Assembly: GCA_040768685.1 (NCBI GenBank)
Contig: JAXGMM010000001.1
Coordinates: 1,093,526 to 1,157,525, forward strand
Direction of reading: 5' to 3'
From: Anaerolineae bacterium
Lineage (GTDB): Bacteria > Chloroflexota > Anaerolineae > DRVO01
Length of the DNA stretch: 64,000 bases
The notes beneath the pieces are model-generated. The model was not told the DNA's origin. It ran no database searches and was given only the letters and a program-made list of their open reading frames with translations. A program made the translations under genes and the position numbers. Every line of letters starts with the position of its first letter. Positions within the stretch are counted from its first letter, which is position 1. Of this stretch, positions 37,414 through 46,883 are shown piece by piece.

Positions 37414-38180
37414 CTCCCGACCCGCGCCGGCTTGACTCGGAACTGGAGCGGCTAGCCCGCTTTTACGATCTGCGCCACGGGGTTTTTCAGGGCGACCTTG
37501 TCTTATACCGCGAGCTGGCCCGCGACCAGAGCCTGGTGCTGGAGTTGGGCTGCGGCACCGGGCGCCTGCTGGCTCCGCTGGCGGATGAGGCTGACAGAGT
37601 GATCGGACTCGATCGCTCGCCGGCGATGCTCAAGCGGGCGCGGGCTCGCGTCGCCGCCTCGGGCATGGGACCGCGCGTCCACCTGGTGGCTGCCGACTTG
37701 AGAACGCCGGTGTGCTCTGGCGCTTCGCTGGCGGTGGCGGCACTGAACAGCCTCTGCCACTTCACCGAGCGGGACGCCCAACTGCGGGTGCTGCGATCAA
37801 CACGCGATAGCCTCGTCCAAGGCGGGCGCCTCGTCTTGGATGTCCCCAACCCGCATGTGGAGGTGGACGCCCGGCCGGCGGGCGTGCCGGTGTTGGAGGC
37901 GACTCTCGAGACGCCGGACGGGCTGATGATGGAGTGGACGATCGCGGAGGCGTCGCGGGCGGCGCAGACGATGACGCTGCGCTCAATCTACGATCTGAGC
38001 GCTCCTCGAGGTCTCGCGCGAGAGACGGTCGTGTTCGAGCTCTACCTGTACTATCGGCCGGAACTGGAGCTCCTACTGGAGCGCGCGGGTTTCCGAGTGG
38101 AGAGCGTCTGGGGCGATTACGACGGCTCCGACTACTGGGACGATTCGCCGCGGATGGTATGCCTGGCGCAAGCCGTATAG
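37410..38180 (+). CDS. Class I SAM-dependent methyltransferase
   Basis: Motif I VLELGCGTGRL. It overlaps the deoB stop by 4 nt. Confidence 0.8.
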   Translation: MTPDPRRLDSELERLARFYDLRHGVFQGDLVLYRELARDQSLVLELGCGTGRLLAPLADEADRVIGLDRSPAMLKRARARVAASGMGPRVHLVAADLRTPVCSGASLAVAALNSLCHFTERDAQLRVLRSTRDSLVQGGRLVLDVPNPHVEVDARPAGVPVLEATLETPDGLMMEWTIAEASRAAQTMTLRSIYDLSAPRGLARETVVFELYLYYRPELELLLERAGFRVESVWGDYDGSDYWDDSPRMVCLAQAV

Positions 38181-38221
38181 CCGCCCCTCACGTTGCGGCG
38201 GAACACTGGAGGAATAGTCGA

Positions 38222-38683
38222 ATGGCCCTGATCGATGGAGTTGTCACGCGCAAGCTGAGGCTCATCCCCGATGAGCGCGGCTACCTGATGGAGATGTTCC
38301 GCAGCGACTGGCCCGAGTTCCAGCAGTTCGGGCAGACCTACATTACAGCGGTGTACCCGGGCGTGGTGAAGGGCTGGCACTACCATCGCAAGCAGGACGA
38401 TCACTTCGTCTGCGTCAGCGGGATGGCCAAGGTCGTCCTCTACGACGACCGTGAGGATTCGCCCACGCGCGGTACCATCAACGAGTTCTTTATCGGCGAA
38501 CAGAACCCGATGCTTGTCAAGATACCAAAGGGCGTCTACCACGGCTTCAAGGGCATTGGCGAGAGCATGACTCTGATCGTCAACGTGCCGACTGAGCTGT
38601 ACAACTATGAGGATCCGGACGAGTTCCGCCTTCCGGCTCACACCGACCAGATACCGTACGACTGGGCACGGAAGGACGGGTAG
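38222..38683 (+). CDS. RmlC-like cupin (dTDP-4-dehydrorhamnose 3,5-epimerase family)
   Basis: DERGYLMEMFR ... KGWHYHRKQDDHFVCVSG ... GVYHGF. GGAGGAA precedes the start. Confidence 0.78.
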   Translation: MALIDGVVTRKLRLIPDERGYLMEMFRSDWPEFQQFGQTYITAVYPGVVKGWHYHRKQDDHFVCVSGMAKVVLYDDREDSPTRGTINEFFIGEQNPMLVKIPKGVYHGFKGIGESMTLIVNVPTELYNYEDPDEFRLPAHTDQIPYDWARKDG

Positions 38684-38716
38684 ACGTTTCGCGGCTCGCG
38701 ATGATATGGAGGATCC

Positions 38717-39499
38717 GTGGATCTGCAGCACGTGCTCTACGAGAAGAGAGATGCCGTCGCCTACGTGACCGTCAACCGGCCGGAGGTGATGAACGCCCTG
38801 CACCCACCGGCACGGGCGGAGCTGGAGCAGGTGTGGGAGGACTTCGCCGCGGACGACAGCCTCTGGGTGGCTATCCTGACAGGGGCCGGTGAGCGGGCCT
38901 TCTGCGCCGGCTCGGACCTGAAGTACCGCGTCACGGAAGCGGACCAGCAGGCCCTTCGCGGCCCAGCGGGCCAGCCGAATCGCGCCTTGGAGCGCTGCTT
39001 GAAGCCGGTCATAGCGGCGGTAAACGGGTACGCCGTCGGCGGCGGCCTGGAACTGGCCCTTAGCTGCGACATCATTATCGCTGCGGAACACGCCCAGTTC
39101 GGTCTGCCCGAGCCTCGCCGCGGCTTGATGGCGGACGAGGGCGGAGTCGTGAAGCTGCCGCGGCGCTTGCCTTACCACATGGCCATGGGCATGGTCCTGA
39201 CGGGCCGCTTCTTCACCGCTGCTGAGGCCCACGCCATGGGGCTGGTGAATGAGGTGGTCCAGAGGGAAGAACTGATGGCGGCCGCGGGGAGGTGGGCGGC
39301 AGAGATCACCAAGTGCTCATCACTGGCGCTTCAAGCGGCCAAGCAGGTCGTGGTGTCGACCATCGACCTGTCGCCGGAAGCGGCCGGCGCTAGGATGGAG
39401 CAGCTCAGCGCCGTGCAGCGGCTGCGGCACTCGGCGGACTACGTTGAGGGGCCGCGTGCATTTGCTGAGAAGCGTCCGCCGCGCTGGCAGGGACGCTAG
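38717..39499 (+). CDS. Enoyl-CoA hydratase/isomerase (crotonase) family protein
   Basis: VTVNRPEVMNAL, FCAGSDL and AAVNGYAVGGGLELALSCD. Confidence 0.85.
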   Translation: MDLQHVLYEKRDAVAYVTVNRPEVMNALHPPARAELEQVWEDFAADDSLWVAILTGAGERAFCAGSDLKYRVTEADQQALRGPAGQPNRALERCLKPVIAAVNGYAVGGGLELALSCDIIIAAEHAQFGLPEPRRGLMADEGGVVKLPRRLPYHMAMGMVLTGRFFTAAEAHAMGLVNEVVQREELMAAAGRWAAEITKCSSLALQAAKQVVVSTIDLSPEAAGARMEQLSAVQRLRHSADYVEGPRAFAEKRPPRWQGR

Positions 39500-39556
39500 G
39501 TTCGCCGGGGCAGTGAGGTTACTCGAGGCGCGCAAACGGGGAAGAGGAGGTAGGGA

Positions 39557-40759
39557 TTGTCCAACGCGGTAGGGGCGTTAGAGGGCATTCGTGTGGCGGA
39601 CTTCAGCCACGTTTACCAGGGACCCGTGGCTACCCAGTTGCTGGCCGACTTCGGGGCCGACGTGATCAAGATCGAGCGGCCGGGCACGGGCGACTGGAGC
39701 CGAAGCTGGGGTCCCTACGTCAACGGGCTGAGCACGGCGTTCGCCAGCCTCAACCGGAACAAGCGCAGCCTGGCCGTAGACCTGCGGTCGGAGGGCGGGA
39801 AGACGATCATCCAACGCCTAGTGGCCTCATCCGACGTGCTGGTCCACAACTTTCGGCCCGGCGCTATGGAGCGCCTAGGCCTGGGCTACGAGCAGTTGTC
39901 GTCCACTCACCCGCGCTTGGTCTACGCTACGTCGAGCGGCTGGGGCGATCGTGGACCGTACGTCGAGAGGGGGCGTGGCGGTCATGATGTCCTGGCCCGC
40001 GCTGAGGCGGCGTGGTTCGAGCCCCTCGGCCCCGAGGGGCTCCCGGTTCCGGCGGGAATGTCGGCCGACTATCCGGCGGGGATGCTTCTCCTGCAGGGCA
40101 TCCTCATCGCCCTTTTGGCCCGGGAGCGCACCGGCAGAGGCCAACTGGTGACGACCGACCTGTTCTCCGCCGCGTTCCACACTCACGCTTGGGAGGGCGG
40201 CGGCCTGCTGAACCGTGACCGCGTGTCGGACGAGGTAGGCATCGAGATCACGGAGAAGGTCATCCGCAAGGCGTTCCGCACGGCGGACTCGTACATTGAG
40301 ATATCGCCCGTCTTCTCGCCCGACGCTCTGAAGGACCTGTCCCTTGCCCTGGGCATCGGCGACCTATCCCAGGATCCGCGATTCGCGACGCAAGCGGACC
40401 GTCTGGCGCGCGCCCCCGAGATCAACGACCTGCTGGCGGCGCGCTTCCTGGATGACACCACGGACGGCTGGATAGCCCGTCTAGAGCCCCAGGGGATTCT
40501 GTGTGGTCGTGTGAACAGCTTCGCTGAGGCGGCTGCCGACCCGCAGATGCAGGCCAATGAGATGGTGGTGGAGATGGAGCACCCCCGGGTGGGGCCGATT
40601 CGGCTCTTCGGCACGCCGGTGCGTCTGTACGGCACGCCGGCTACTCACAGGATCCCACCGGCGGACCTGGGCGAGCACAACGAGGAAGTGCTGGCCGACC
40701 TGGGCTTCACAGCGGACGAGATCGCCGACTTCGTGGCTCGCAAGGTGGTGGCCCGGTGA
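39557..40759 (+). CDS. Family III CoA-transferase (CaiB/BaiF type)
   Basis: GIRVADFSHVYQGPVATQLLADFGADVIKIERPGTGD. Confidence 0.85.
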   Translation: MSNAVGALEGIRVADFSHVYQGPVATQLLADFGADVIKIERPGTGDWSRSWGPYVNGLSTAFASLNRNKRSLAVDLRSEGGKTIIQRLVASSDVLVHNFRPGAMERLGLGYEQLSSTHPRLVYATSSGWGDRGPYVERGRGGHDVLARAEAAWFEPLGPEGLPVPAGMSADYPAGMLLLQGILIALLARERTGRGQLVTTDLFSAAFHTHAWEGGGLLNRDRVSDEVGIEITEKVIRKAFRTADSYIEISPVFSPDALKDLSLALGIGDLSQDPRFATQADRLARAPEINDLLAARFLDDTTDGWIARLEPQGILCGRVNSFAEAAADPQMQANEMVVEMEHPRVGPIRLFGTPVRLYGTPATHRIPPADLGEHNEEVLADLGFTADEIADFVARKVVAR

Positions 40760-41622
40760 CGCGCACCGGCGCGTCGATTCCGGCGACTGCGGGTGCGGGC
40801 TACCTGCAAAGCCTATTCGGACTCGAGAACAAGGTCGTCGCCATCACCGGGGGCGGAGGCGTCTTGTTCAGCACCGTCGGGAGGGCGCTGGCCCGGGCGG
40901 GCGCCGACGTGGCGGTTCTGGACATCTCGGCTCACGCGGCCGAGGCGGCCGCTGAGGCCATTCGCGCCGAGGGTCGGAAGGCATTGGCCATCCCGTGCGA
41001 CGCGCTCAAGCGCGAGAGCCTGGAGGCAGCGGCGGAGCAAGTCCTGACGGCCTTCGGCAAGGTGGATGTCCTTATCAACGGAGCAGGCGGCAATCGGGCG
41101 GAGGCCACTACCTCATCAGAGCGCGAGTTCTTCGACTTGCCGGACGATGCCTTCCGGTGGGTGTTCGACCTCAACCTGGTGGCCACGTTTCAAGCGTGCC
41201 AGGCCTTCGGCCGGCCGATGCGCAGCCGCGGCGAAGGCGTCATCCTGAACGTCTCGTCGATGAATGCCTTCCGTCCCCTTACCAGGATCCCCGCCTACTC
41301 GGCGGCAAAGGCGGCGGTCAGCAACTTCACGCAGTGGCTGGCGGTGCACATGGCCCAGGAGTACTCGCCAGGGATACGGGTCAATGCCCTGGCGCCGGGG
41401 TTTTTCCTCACCGATCAGAACCGATACCTGCTCACTCAGCGCGACACTGGTTCGCTGACCGCGCGGGGCGTTCGCATTATCGAGCACACGCCCGCGGCAC
41501 GGTTCGGGGCGCCGGACGACCTCATCGCGCCGACGCTCTTTCTGCTCTCCGGAGCGGCGCGCTTCGTGACGGGCGTGGTCTTGCCGGTCGACGGGGGGTT
41601 CAGCGCTTATAGCGGCGTCTAA
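40756..41622 (+). CDS. Short-chain dehydrogenase/reductase
   Basis: ITGGGGVLF, NGAGGN and YSAAKAAV motifs. It overlaps the upstream stop by 4 nt. Confidence 0.85.
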   Translation: MTRTGASIPATAGAGYLQSLFGLENKVVAITGGGGVLFSTVGRALARAGADVAVLDISAHAAEAAAEAIRAEGRKALAIPCDALKRESLEAAAEQVLTAFGKVDVLINGAGGNRAEATTSSEREFFDLPDDAFRWVFDLNLVATFQACQAFGRPMRSRGEGVILNVSSMNAFRPLTRIPAYSAAKAAVSNFTQWLAVHMAQEYSPGIRVNALAPGFFLTDQNRYLLTQRDTGSLTARGVRIIEHTPAARFGAPDDLIAPTLFLLSGAARFVTGVVLPVDGGFSAYSGV

Positions 41623-41655
41623 TCAGGGGAAGCGCGCGCACCGGTCGGAACGCAG

Positions 41656-41681
41656 GAGGCGGAGCTCGCAGGCTCCGCCTC
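41656..41681. terminator. Hairpin between convergent genes
   Basis: GAGGCGGAGC-tcgcag-GCTCCGCCTC form a 10-bp stem. Confidence 0.55.
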
Positions 41682-41705
41682 AACGTTGTTGAAGGACAGC
41701 CAGGG

Positions 41706-42410
41706 CTAGGTCGTGGGCGTAGGCGTGAGCTCGGCCTCGGGGGTCTCGGCGGCAGGTGTTGCCTCCGCCTGGGCAGCGGTCGGGGAAGGTGTACCCGCGG
41801 TCTCCGGCGCGGCGGCTGTGGGCGCCTCTGCTGCAGCGGTCGCCGTCGGCACGAGTGCGCCCGGACCGGGTATGATCAGGACCTGGCCGACGCTGATCCG
41901 GCTGGGGTTCTCTATGCCGTTCACAGCGATCAAGTCAGCTAGTGCAACGCCGTGGTCGCGCGCAATGGCCCCGAGCGAGTCCCCGCTCACGACTGTGTAG
42001 GTAAGCGGCTCGGGCGTCGCCGTCGCGGTGGGGGTGGGCGTTGCCGTGGGCTGCGAGGTGGCAGTGGCTGTCGGCGTGGCTGTAGGGGTCGCCGTCGCGG
42101 TGGGCGTGGGCGTCGGTGGGGCTGCACTGGTGGCGGTGGGAGCAACTACCGAGGGCTCCTCAGTTGAGGTTGCCACTGCCGCGGGAGCCGGTTCAGGGTT
42201 GACGAATGGGAGCGACCCCCAGCCATCCAGGAGCAGCCAGATCGCCGCTGCGGCTAGGCCTATGACCAGCACCAGCATGAACGCAGGCAGCGCCCATGAG
42301 AGCCAGGCGCCCTCGCCGTAGTGCGGACTTACGGTGCCGATGGTGCCGCTGGAGGCTAGCTTTCGGGCATCTAGGCCCTTCGTTTTGTCGGCGGTTTCCA
42401 GTTCGGCCAT
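41706..42410 (-). CDS. Membrane-anchored LysM-domain protein with a Thr/Pro/Ala-rich linker
   Basis: TM segment LPAFMLVLVIGLAAAAIWLLL, a (T/A)P-rich linker, and LysM YTVVSGDSLGAIARDHGVALADLIAVNGI. Confidence 0.8.
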   Translation of the reverse strand: MAELETADKTKGLDARKLASSGTIGTVSPHYGEGAWLSWALPAFMLVLVIGLAAAAIWLLLDGWGSLPFVNPEPAPAAVATSTEEPSVVAPTATSAAPPTPTPTATATPTATPTATATSQPTATPTPTATATPEPLTYTVVSGDSLGAIARDHGVALADLIAVNGIENPSRISVGQVLIIPGPGALVPTATAAAEAPTAAAPETAGTPSPTAAQAEATPAAETPEAELTPTPTT

Positions 42411-42573
42411 TCTTCCCTTTTGTTTGGCGCCCCACCCATGGGGGCAATGACCGGCATGCCGGGCGCGATCCCTAAGGCGCCAGGATCACCGTGCAAAGGC
42501 ACGCATCCCCGATGAAGGATCCACCTGGGAGGTTCAGCTTCGCGGCACGCGCCGTCCTCAATGCGGACGGCGG

Positions 42574-42981
42574 CTAGTACTCCAGAGCCGGCGGCAGTTC
42601 CTTCGCCTGGCTGACCCAATCGGCGACCATTTCGGCTGTAGGCAGCCTTTTGGCCAGGTTATGGGTGGCGTTGACCTCGACCAAGCGAGTATGCAGGCTC
42701 GCAGCGACACGACGCCTTAGCTCCTTCACGGTGTCCACACCGGCCGCTTCGAGAAGGTCGGCGTAGACGCCGGCCACTCCCCTGATCCGGGCGAGGTCAG
42801 CACGGTTGGCGACTTCGGTGATCGCGTTGATGTCGGTACCCAGCCTAGCCGCCAGTTCACGGCGGTTGGCGGGAGTGCGGCACGCAGCGAGCACCTTGTC
42901 TGTGTCGTTGAGCCCCTCGGCCCTGAGCTTCGCGGCTAGTTCCTTGGAGACTCCCTTGATAGAGCTGATCGGGTCCGCCAC
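42574..42981 (-). CDS. DUF4332-domain protein (tandem helix-hairpin-helix-like)
   Basis: IKGVSKELAAKLRAEGL ... LARIRGVAGVYADLLEAAGVDTVKEL. The GTG start follows GGAGG. Confidence 0.68.
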   Translation of the reverse strand: MADPISSIKGVSKELAAKLRAEGLNDTDKVLAACRTPANRRELAARLGTDINAITEVANRADLARIRGVAGVYADLLEAAGVDTVKELRRRVAASLHTRLVEVNATHNLAKRLPTAEMVADWVSQAKELPPALEY

Positions 42982-43194
42982 TTGAACACCTCCGTTGGTG
43001 ATTCGGAAGGAACCTGATCCTCTAGTACCGTTCCAGCGTAGTCTAGCATACTTGAGCCTCGCCGGGCAGCAAGGCCGCCGGCCCAGAAACTAGCACCCCC
43101 GCCGCTGCAGCTGAACGTCCCACCACAACCCCGCGCTCTCCACTTCCCAGGCCGGCGCGAGCCGGTATGGCCTGAGGGTTCTTCCTGGACCGGC

Positions 43195-45402
43195 CTAGCC
43201 CGATCCTCGGAGCCGCTCGGCGAGGCGAGTGTTCCGCGAGACCACGCGGTTGTTGCGCACGGCGATGGCGATCGCGCGCCGGTCACCCACCAGCACCACG
43301 AGTTCCCGCGCTCGCGTGACCGCGGTGTAGAGCAGGTTGCGCTGGAGCATCACGTAGTGCTGCGTCAGTATGGGCACCACGACTGCCGGGTACTCAGAGC
43401 CCTGCGACTTGTGGATGCTCACGGCGTACGCGTGCACCAATTCATCCAGCTGACCGTAGTCGTAGGCCACGGGGCGCCCGTCGAACGAGACGACCAGGAG
43501 ACCTTCCTCCAAATCCACTTCAACGAGTCGGCCTTGGTCCCCGTTGAAGACCTGTCTATCATAGTCGTTGCGGGTCTGCATCACCCGATCGCCAGTCCGG
43601 AAGGTGCGGCCGGCATGGACGCGCTCCGTTCGGCCGAGCCCGGGCGGATTGAGCGCCGCCTGCAGACGCTCATTGAGCGCCCCTACACCGGCTGACCCGC
43701 GGTGCATCGGCGCCAGGACTTGGATGTCCTCTATGGGATTATGGCCGAACCGCCGCGGTATGCGTTCGCTCACCAGATTCACCACCCAGTCGGCCGCCTT
43801 GTCAGCGTCGGACTCGCCGAAAAGGAAGAAGTCGCGCGAGCCCCGATCAAACACGGGCATCTCACCCCGGTTGATGCGGTGGGCGTTGTAGACGATGTGG
43901 CTGTCCTTGGCCTGCCGGAAGATGGTGTCGAGGCGGGTGGTTGGCACAGCGCCACTGTCGATCAGGTCCCGCAAGACGTTGCCGGCGCCGACGGACGGCA
44001 GTTGGTCCACGTCGCCCACCAAGAGAAGATGGCCGCCCGGTGGTATGGCGCCGAGGAGGTGGTTCATCAGGAGTACGTCTACCATCGAAACCTCGTCGAC
44101 GATGACGATGTCGGCATCCAGCGGGTTGTCCCGGTCTCGCTGGAATCGGTAGCCGGCGGTAGGCTGGAACTCGAGCAGCCGGTGAATGGTCTTGGCCTCC
44201 ATTCCGGTTGTCTCGGTCAGGCGCTTGGCGGCCCGGCCCGTGGGCGCGGCGAGGACAACCGAGCGGCCCCGCGTCCGAGCCAGGCTGATCACGCCGCCGA
44301 CGATGGTGCTCTTACCCGTGCCCGGGCCGCCGGTGAGGATGCTCACGCGTTCGGTGAGTGCCATCCGGATGGCTTGCTTCTGCTGCCCGGTGAGCGTCAT
44401 TGACGACGACCGGTCCAGCCACTCGAAGGCTCCGCTCCAGTCGACGGCGGCGAGGGCGCCCAGGCGGTCGAGCGCAGCCGTCTGTAGCCGCCGCACACGG
44501 GTGGCCACCCCGGTTTCGGCGTGGAAGAACGGGGGAAGATAGACGGCGTCGTCCTCCACGATCACTTCGCCGGCGGCGGCCAAGTCCTGAAGCGGGCCCG
44601 CACCGCTTGCCAGCTCAAGCTCGAGCAACTCCCCGGCCTGCTGGAGAAGCTGCTCGTGCAGGGCGAAGCAGTGGCCGTCGTCGCTGAGGGTGCTTAGCGC
44701 GTACAGCAGCCCCGCCTGGATGCGGGCCGGGTCGTCCGGGCTGAGGCCCAGGTTCCGCGCGATCCTGTCAGCGGTCTTGAAACCGATGCCGTACACCTCT
44801 CGCGCCAGGCGGTAGGGATCGGTCCTGACGATGCCGGCGGACTCGTCCCGGTACTGCCGGTAGATGCGGACGGCCAGACCGGTGGATACCCCGTGGCTCT
44901 GGAGGAAGAGCATCAGGTCCTTGACCTGTCGCTGCTCCTCCCAGGCACTAACGATCAGCTCGGCGCGGCGCTCGCCGATTCCCGGCACCTCGCGGAGGCG
45001 CTCGGGCGACTCCTCGATGATGTCAATGGCCTCCATCCCGAAGGCCTGGACCAGCCGATCCGCAGTCACCGGGCCCACTCCCTTGATAAGCCCGCTTCCC
45101 AAGTACCGCCGGAGGCCCTCGACTGTGGCCGGCAGCTCGACGCTGTAGGTCCGCACCTCGAACTGCCGGCCATACTGGGGGTGAGTGGACCAGCGACCCT
45201 CAAGGCGCACCGTCTCGCCCGGATTGGCGCCTGCGAGCGGGCCGACGACGGTGACGGAGGCGGCCTTGCCCTTAGGTATCAAGCGCGCCACAGTGTAACC
45301 GTTCTGTTCGTTCTGAAACGTCAGCCGGTCGATAGTGCCCTCAAGGACCTGGAGGGGATGCTGCGTCTGTGCCGAGGGAGTACCCGCCATGCTGGGATGC
45401 AC
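43195..45402 (-). CDS. recD2: RecD2-type SF1B DNA helicase. The start may instead be the ATG at 45390.
   Basis: N-terminal OB/HhH region, Walker A GGPGTGKST, DEVSMVD, and C-terminal YAVSIHKSQGSEY. Confidence 0.85.
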   Translation of the reverse strand: MHPSMAGTPSAQTQHPLQVLEGTIDRLTFQNEQNGYTVARLIPKGKAASVTVVGPLAGANPGETVRLEGRWSTHPQYGRQFEVRTYSVELPATVEGLRRYLGSGLIKGVGPVTADRLVQAFGMEAIDIIEESPERLREVPGIGERRAELIVSAWEEQRQVKDLMLFLQSHGVSTGLAVRIYRQYRDESAGIVRTDPYRLAREVYGIGFKTADRIARNLGLSPDDPARIQAGLLYALSTLSDDGHCFALHEQLLQQAGELLELELASGAGPLQDLAAAGEVIVEDDAVYLPPFFHAETGVATRVRRLQTAALDRLGALAAVDWSGAFEWLDRSSSMTLTGQQKQAIRMALTERVSILTGGPGTGKSTIVGGVISLARTRGRSVVLAAPTGRAAKRLTETTGMEAKTIHRLLEFQPTAGYRFQRDRDNPLDADIVIVDEVSMVDVLLMNHLLGAIPPGGHLLLVGDVDQLPSVGAGNVLRDLIDSGAVPTTRLDTIFRQAKDSHIVYNAHRINRGEMPVFDRGSRDFFLFGESDADKAADWVVNLVSERIPRRFGHNPIEDIQVLAPMHRGSAGVGALNERLQAALNPPGLGRTERVHAGRTFRTGDRVMQTRNDYDRQVFNGDQGRLVEVDLEEGLLVVSFDGRPVAYDYGQLDELVHAYAVSIHKSQGSEYPAVVVPILTQHYVMLQRNLLYTAVTRARELVVLVGDRRAIAIAVRNNRVVSRNTRLAERLRGSG

Positions 45403-45770
45403 CTCCTGGGCGCCATTCTACCGCACCTCGGTCCGATGGGCTCCGGAGGCGCTTGAGCCGGAGCGCGTTGGCGCTAGAACCCCGACATTGGGGCTGCTAT
45501 TCCGACAGAGACGTCCGACGATATGCTCACAGTCCCCGGACGTCCGTGAAGCGGATCCCCGCACCGGGCCTCGATACTGAGCCAACGGGCGGAGGAAGAG
45601 TCGTTCATTGAAACAGGCAGGCGGGGGCGCCGGCCGGACTCCGAGAACCGGTTGTGTCCCGCGAATCACCTTCTCCGGTCTTTCCAGGGATACTCTCATT
45701 CGACAGGCTGCCGGGAACAGGCTACGCTCCACGGGCGTGTAAACCCGGACGGTCGAGTGGAGAGGAGCCC

Positions 45771-46832
45771 ATGACACCCAGAGAGCGAGTGGATGCGGCC
45801 CTGCAAGGCGAGATGCCAGATGCGGTTCCATTCACGGTGTATGAGTGCATGCTGCCCAAGAGCGCAGCCGAGCGGAGGTTGCGCAACGACGGGCTCTGCA
45901 TCGTCGAGCGCAGCTCCGTTTTCCGGACCGTCTACCATGAGGTCAAGATCGAGCGCACCAGTTTCGCCGGTGAGGACGGGCTGGAGCGGACGCGCACGGA
46001 GGTGACTACGCCCGCCGGTAAGCTGACCGCTATCGATCGTCCCGCCGCTTTCACCGCCTGGCACGAACAGCGCCTCTTCCATGGGCCGGAAGACTACGAC
46101 GCGCTGGAGTGGATGATCGCGGACCGCACCTATGAGCCACGCTACGAGGAGTTCGCCGAGTTGCAGGCCCTCATGGGCGACGATGCCTCGGTGCGGGCCG
46201 GGATAGGCTACTCGCCGCTCCAGGAGATCATCTACACGCTGATGGGTGTGACCGAGTTCTCCATCCAGTGGGCGGAGAACCGTGACCGGCTGATGCGCCT
46301 GTACAACGCTCTGATAGAGGATCGGCGCCGCATCTACGAGGTGGTGGCTCACTCGCCGGCCAAGACGGTCAACTACGGCGGCAACGTCAGTCCGGAAGTG
46401 GTGGGAAAGGAGCGCTTCGAGACGATGATTCTTCCCCACTACGAGGAAGCCGCCGAGGTTCTTCAGGCGCAGGGCATCATGATGGGCGTGCACTTCGATG
46501 CGAACACGCGCCTGCTGGCGCCGGGCATAGCCCGGTCCCGGATGGATTACGTGGAAGCCTTCACGCCCTACCCGGACACGGACATGACCGTCCGCGACGC
46601 GAGAGAGGCGTGGCCACACAAGACGCTGTGGATCAACTTCCCTTCGTCGATCCACTTGGAGAGCACCGACGCCATCGCCGACATGACCCGGGGCCTGCTG
46701 CGTGAAGCGGCGCCGGGTGATCGCTTCATCATCGGGATCACGGAGGACCTACCCCCCGGCCGGTGGGAGGGGAACTACGAGGCGATCCTTGGGGTGTGCA
46801 ACACCTTCGGCCGGACTCCGATAGCGGGCTAG
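45771..46832 (+). CDS. Uroporphyrinogen-decarboxylase (URO-D/MtaA-like) family protein, second paralogue
   Basis: The ATG at 45771 follows AGAGGAG. The N-terminus MTPRERVDAALQGEMPDAVPF is typical of the family. Confidence 0.72.
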   Translation: MTPRERVDAALQGEMPDAVPFTVYECMLPKSAAERRLRNDGLCIVERSSVFRTVYHEVKIERTSFAGEDGLERTRTEVTTPAGKLTAIDRPAAFTAWHEQRLFHGPEDYDALEWMIADRTYEPRYEEFAELQALMGDDASVRAGIGYSPLQEIIYTLMGVTEFSIQWAENRDRLMRLYNALIEDRRRIYEVVAHSPAKTVNYGGNVSPEVVGKERFETMILPHYEEAAEVLQAQGIMMGVHFDANTRLLAPGIARSRMDYVEAFTPYPDTDMTVRDAREAWPHKTLWINFPSSIHLESTDAIADMTRGLLREAAPGDRFIIGITEDLPPGRWEGNYEAILGVCNTFGRTPIAG

Positions 46833-46840
46833 ACCAGCGT

Positions 46841-46883
46841 CGGCCTAGGCCTGGGCAGCGATGGGCCGCCCAGGCCTAGGCCG
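46841..46883. terminator. 16-bp perfect hairpin between convergent genes, overlapping the last codons of the MOSC gene
   Basis: CGGCCTAGGCCTGGGC / GCCCAGGCCTAGGCCG. Confidence 0.55.

Noticed and set aside
45403-45770. 370-nt divergent region between recD2 and the second URO-D-like gene, examined for a cobalamin riboswitch
   Set aside because: No B12-box-like element or the usual conserved GGAA / GCCACUG-type strings were seen. There are only two short hairpins (GCTCCGG/CCGGAGC and GACGTCCG/CGGACGTC). A covariance-model scan would be needed to say more.
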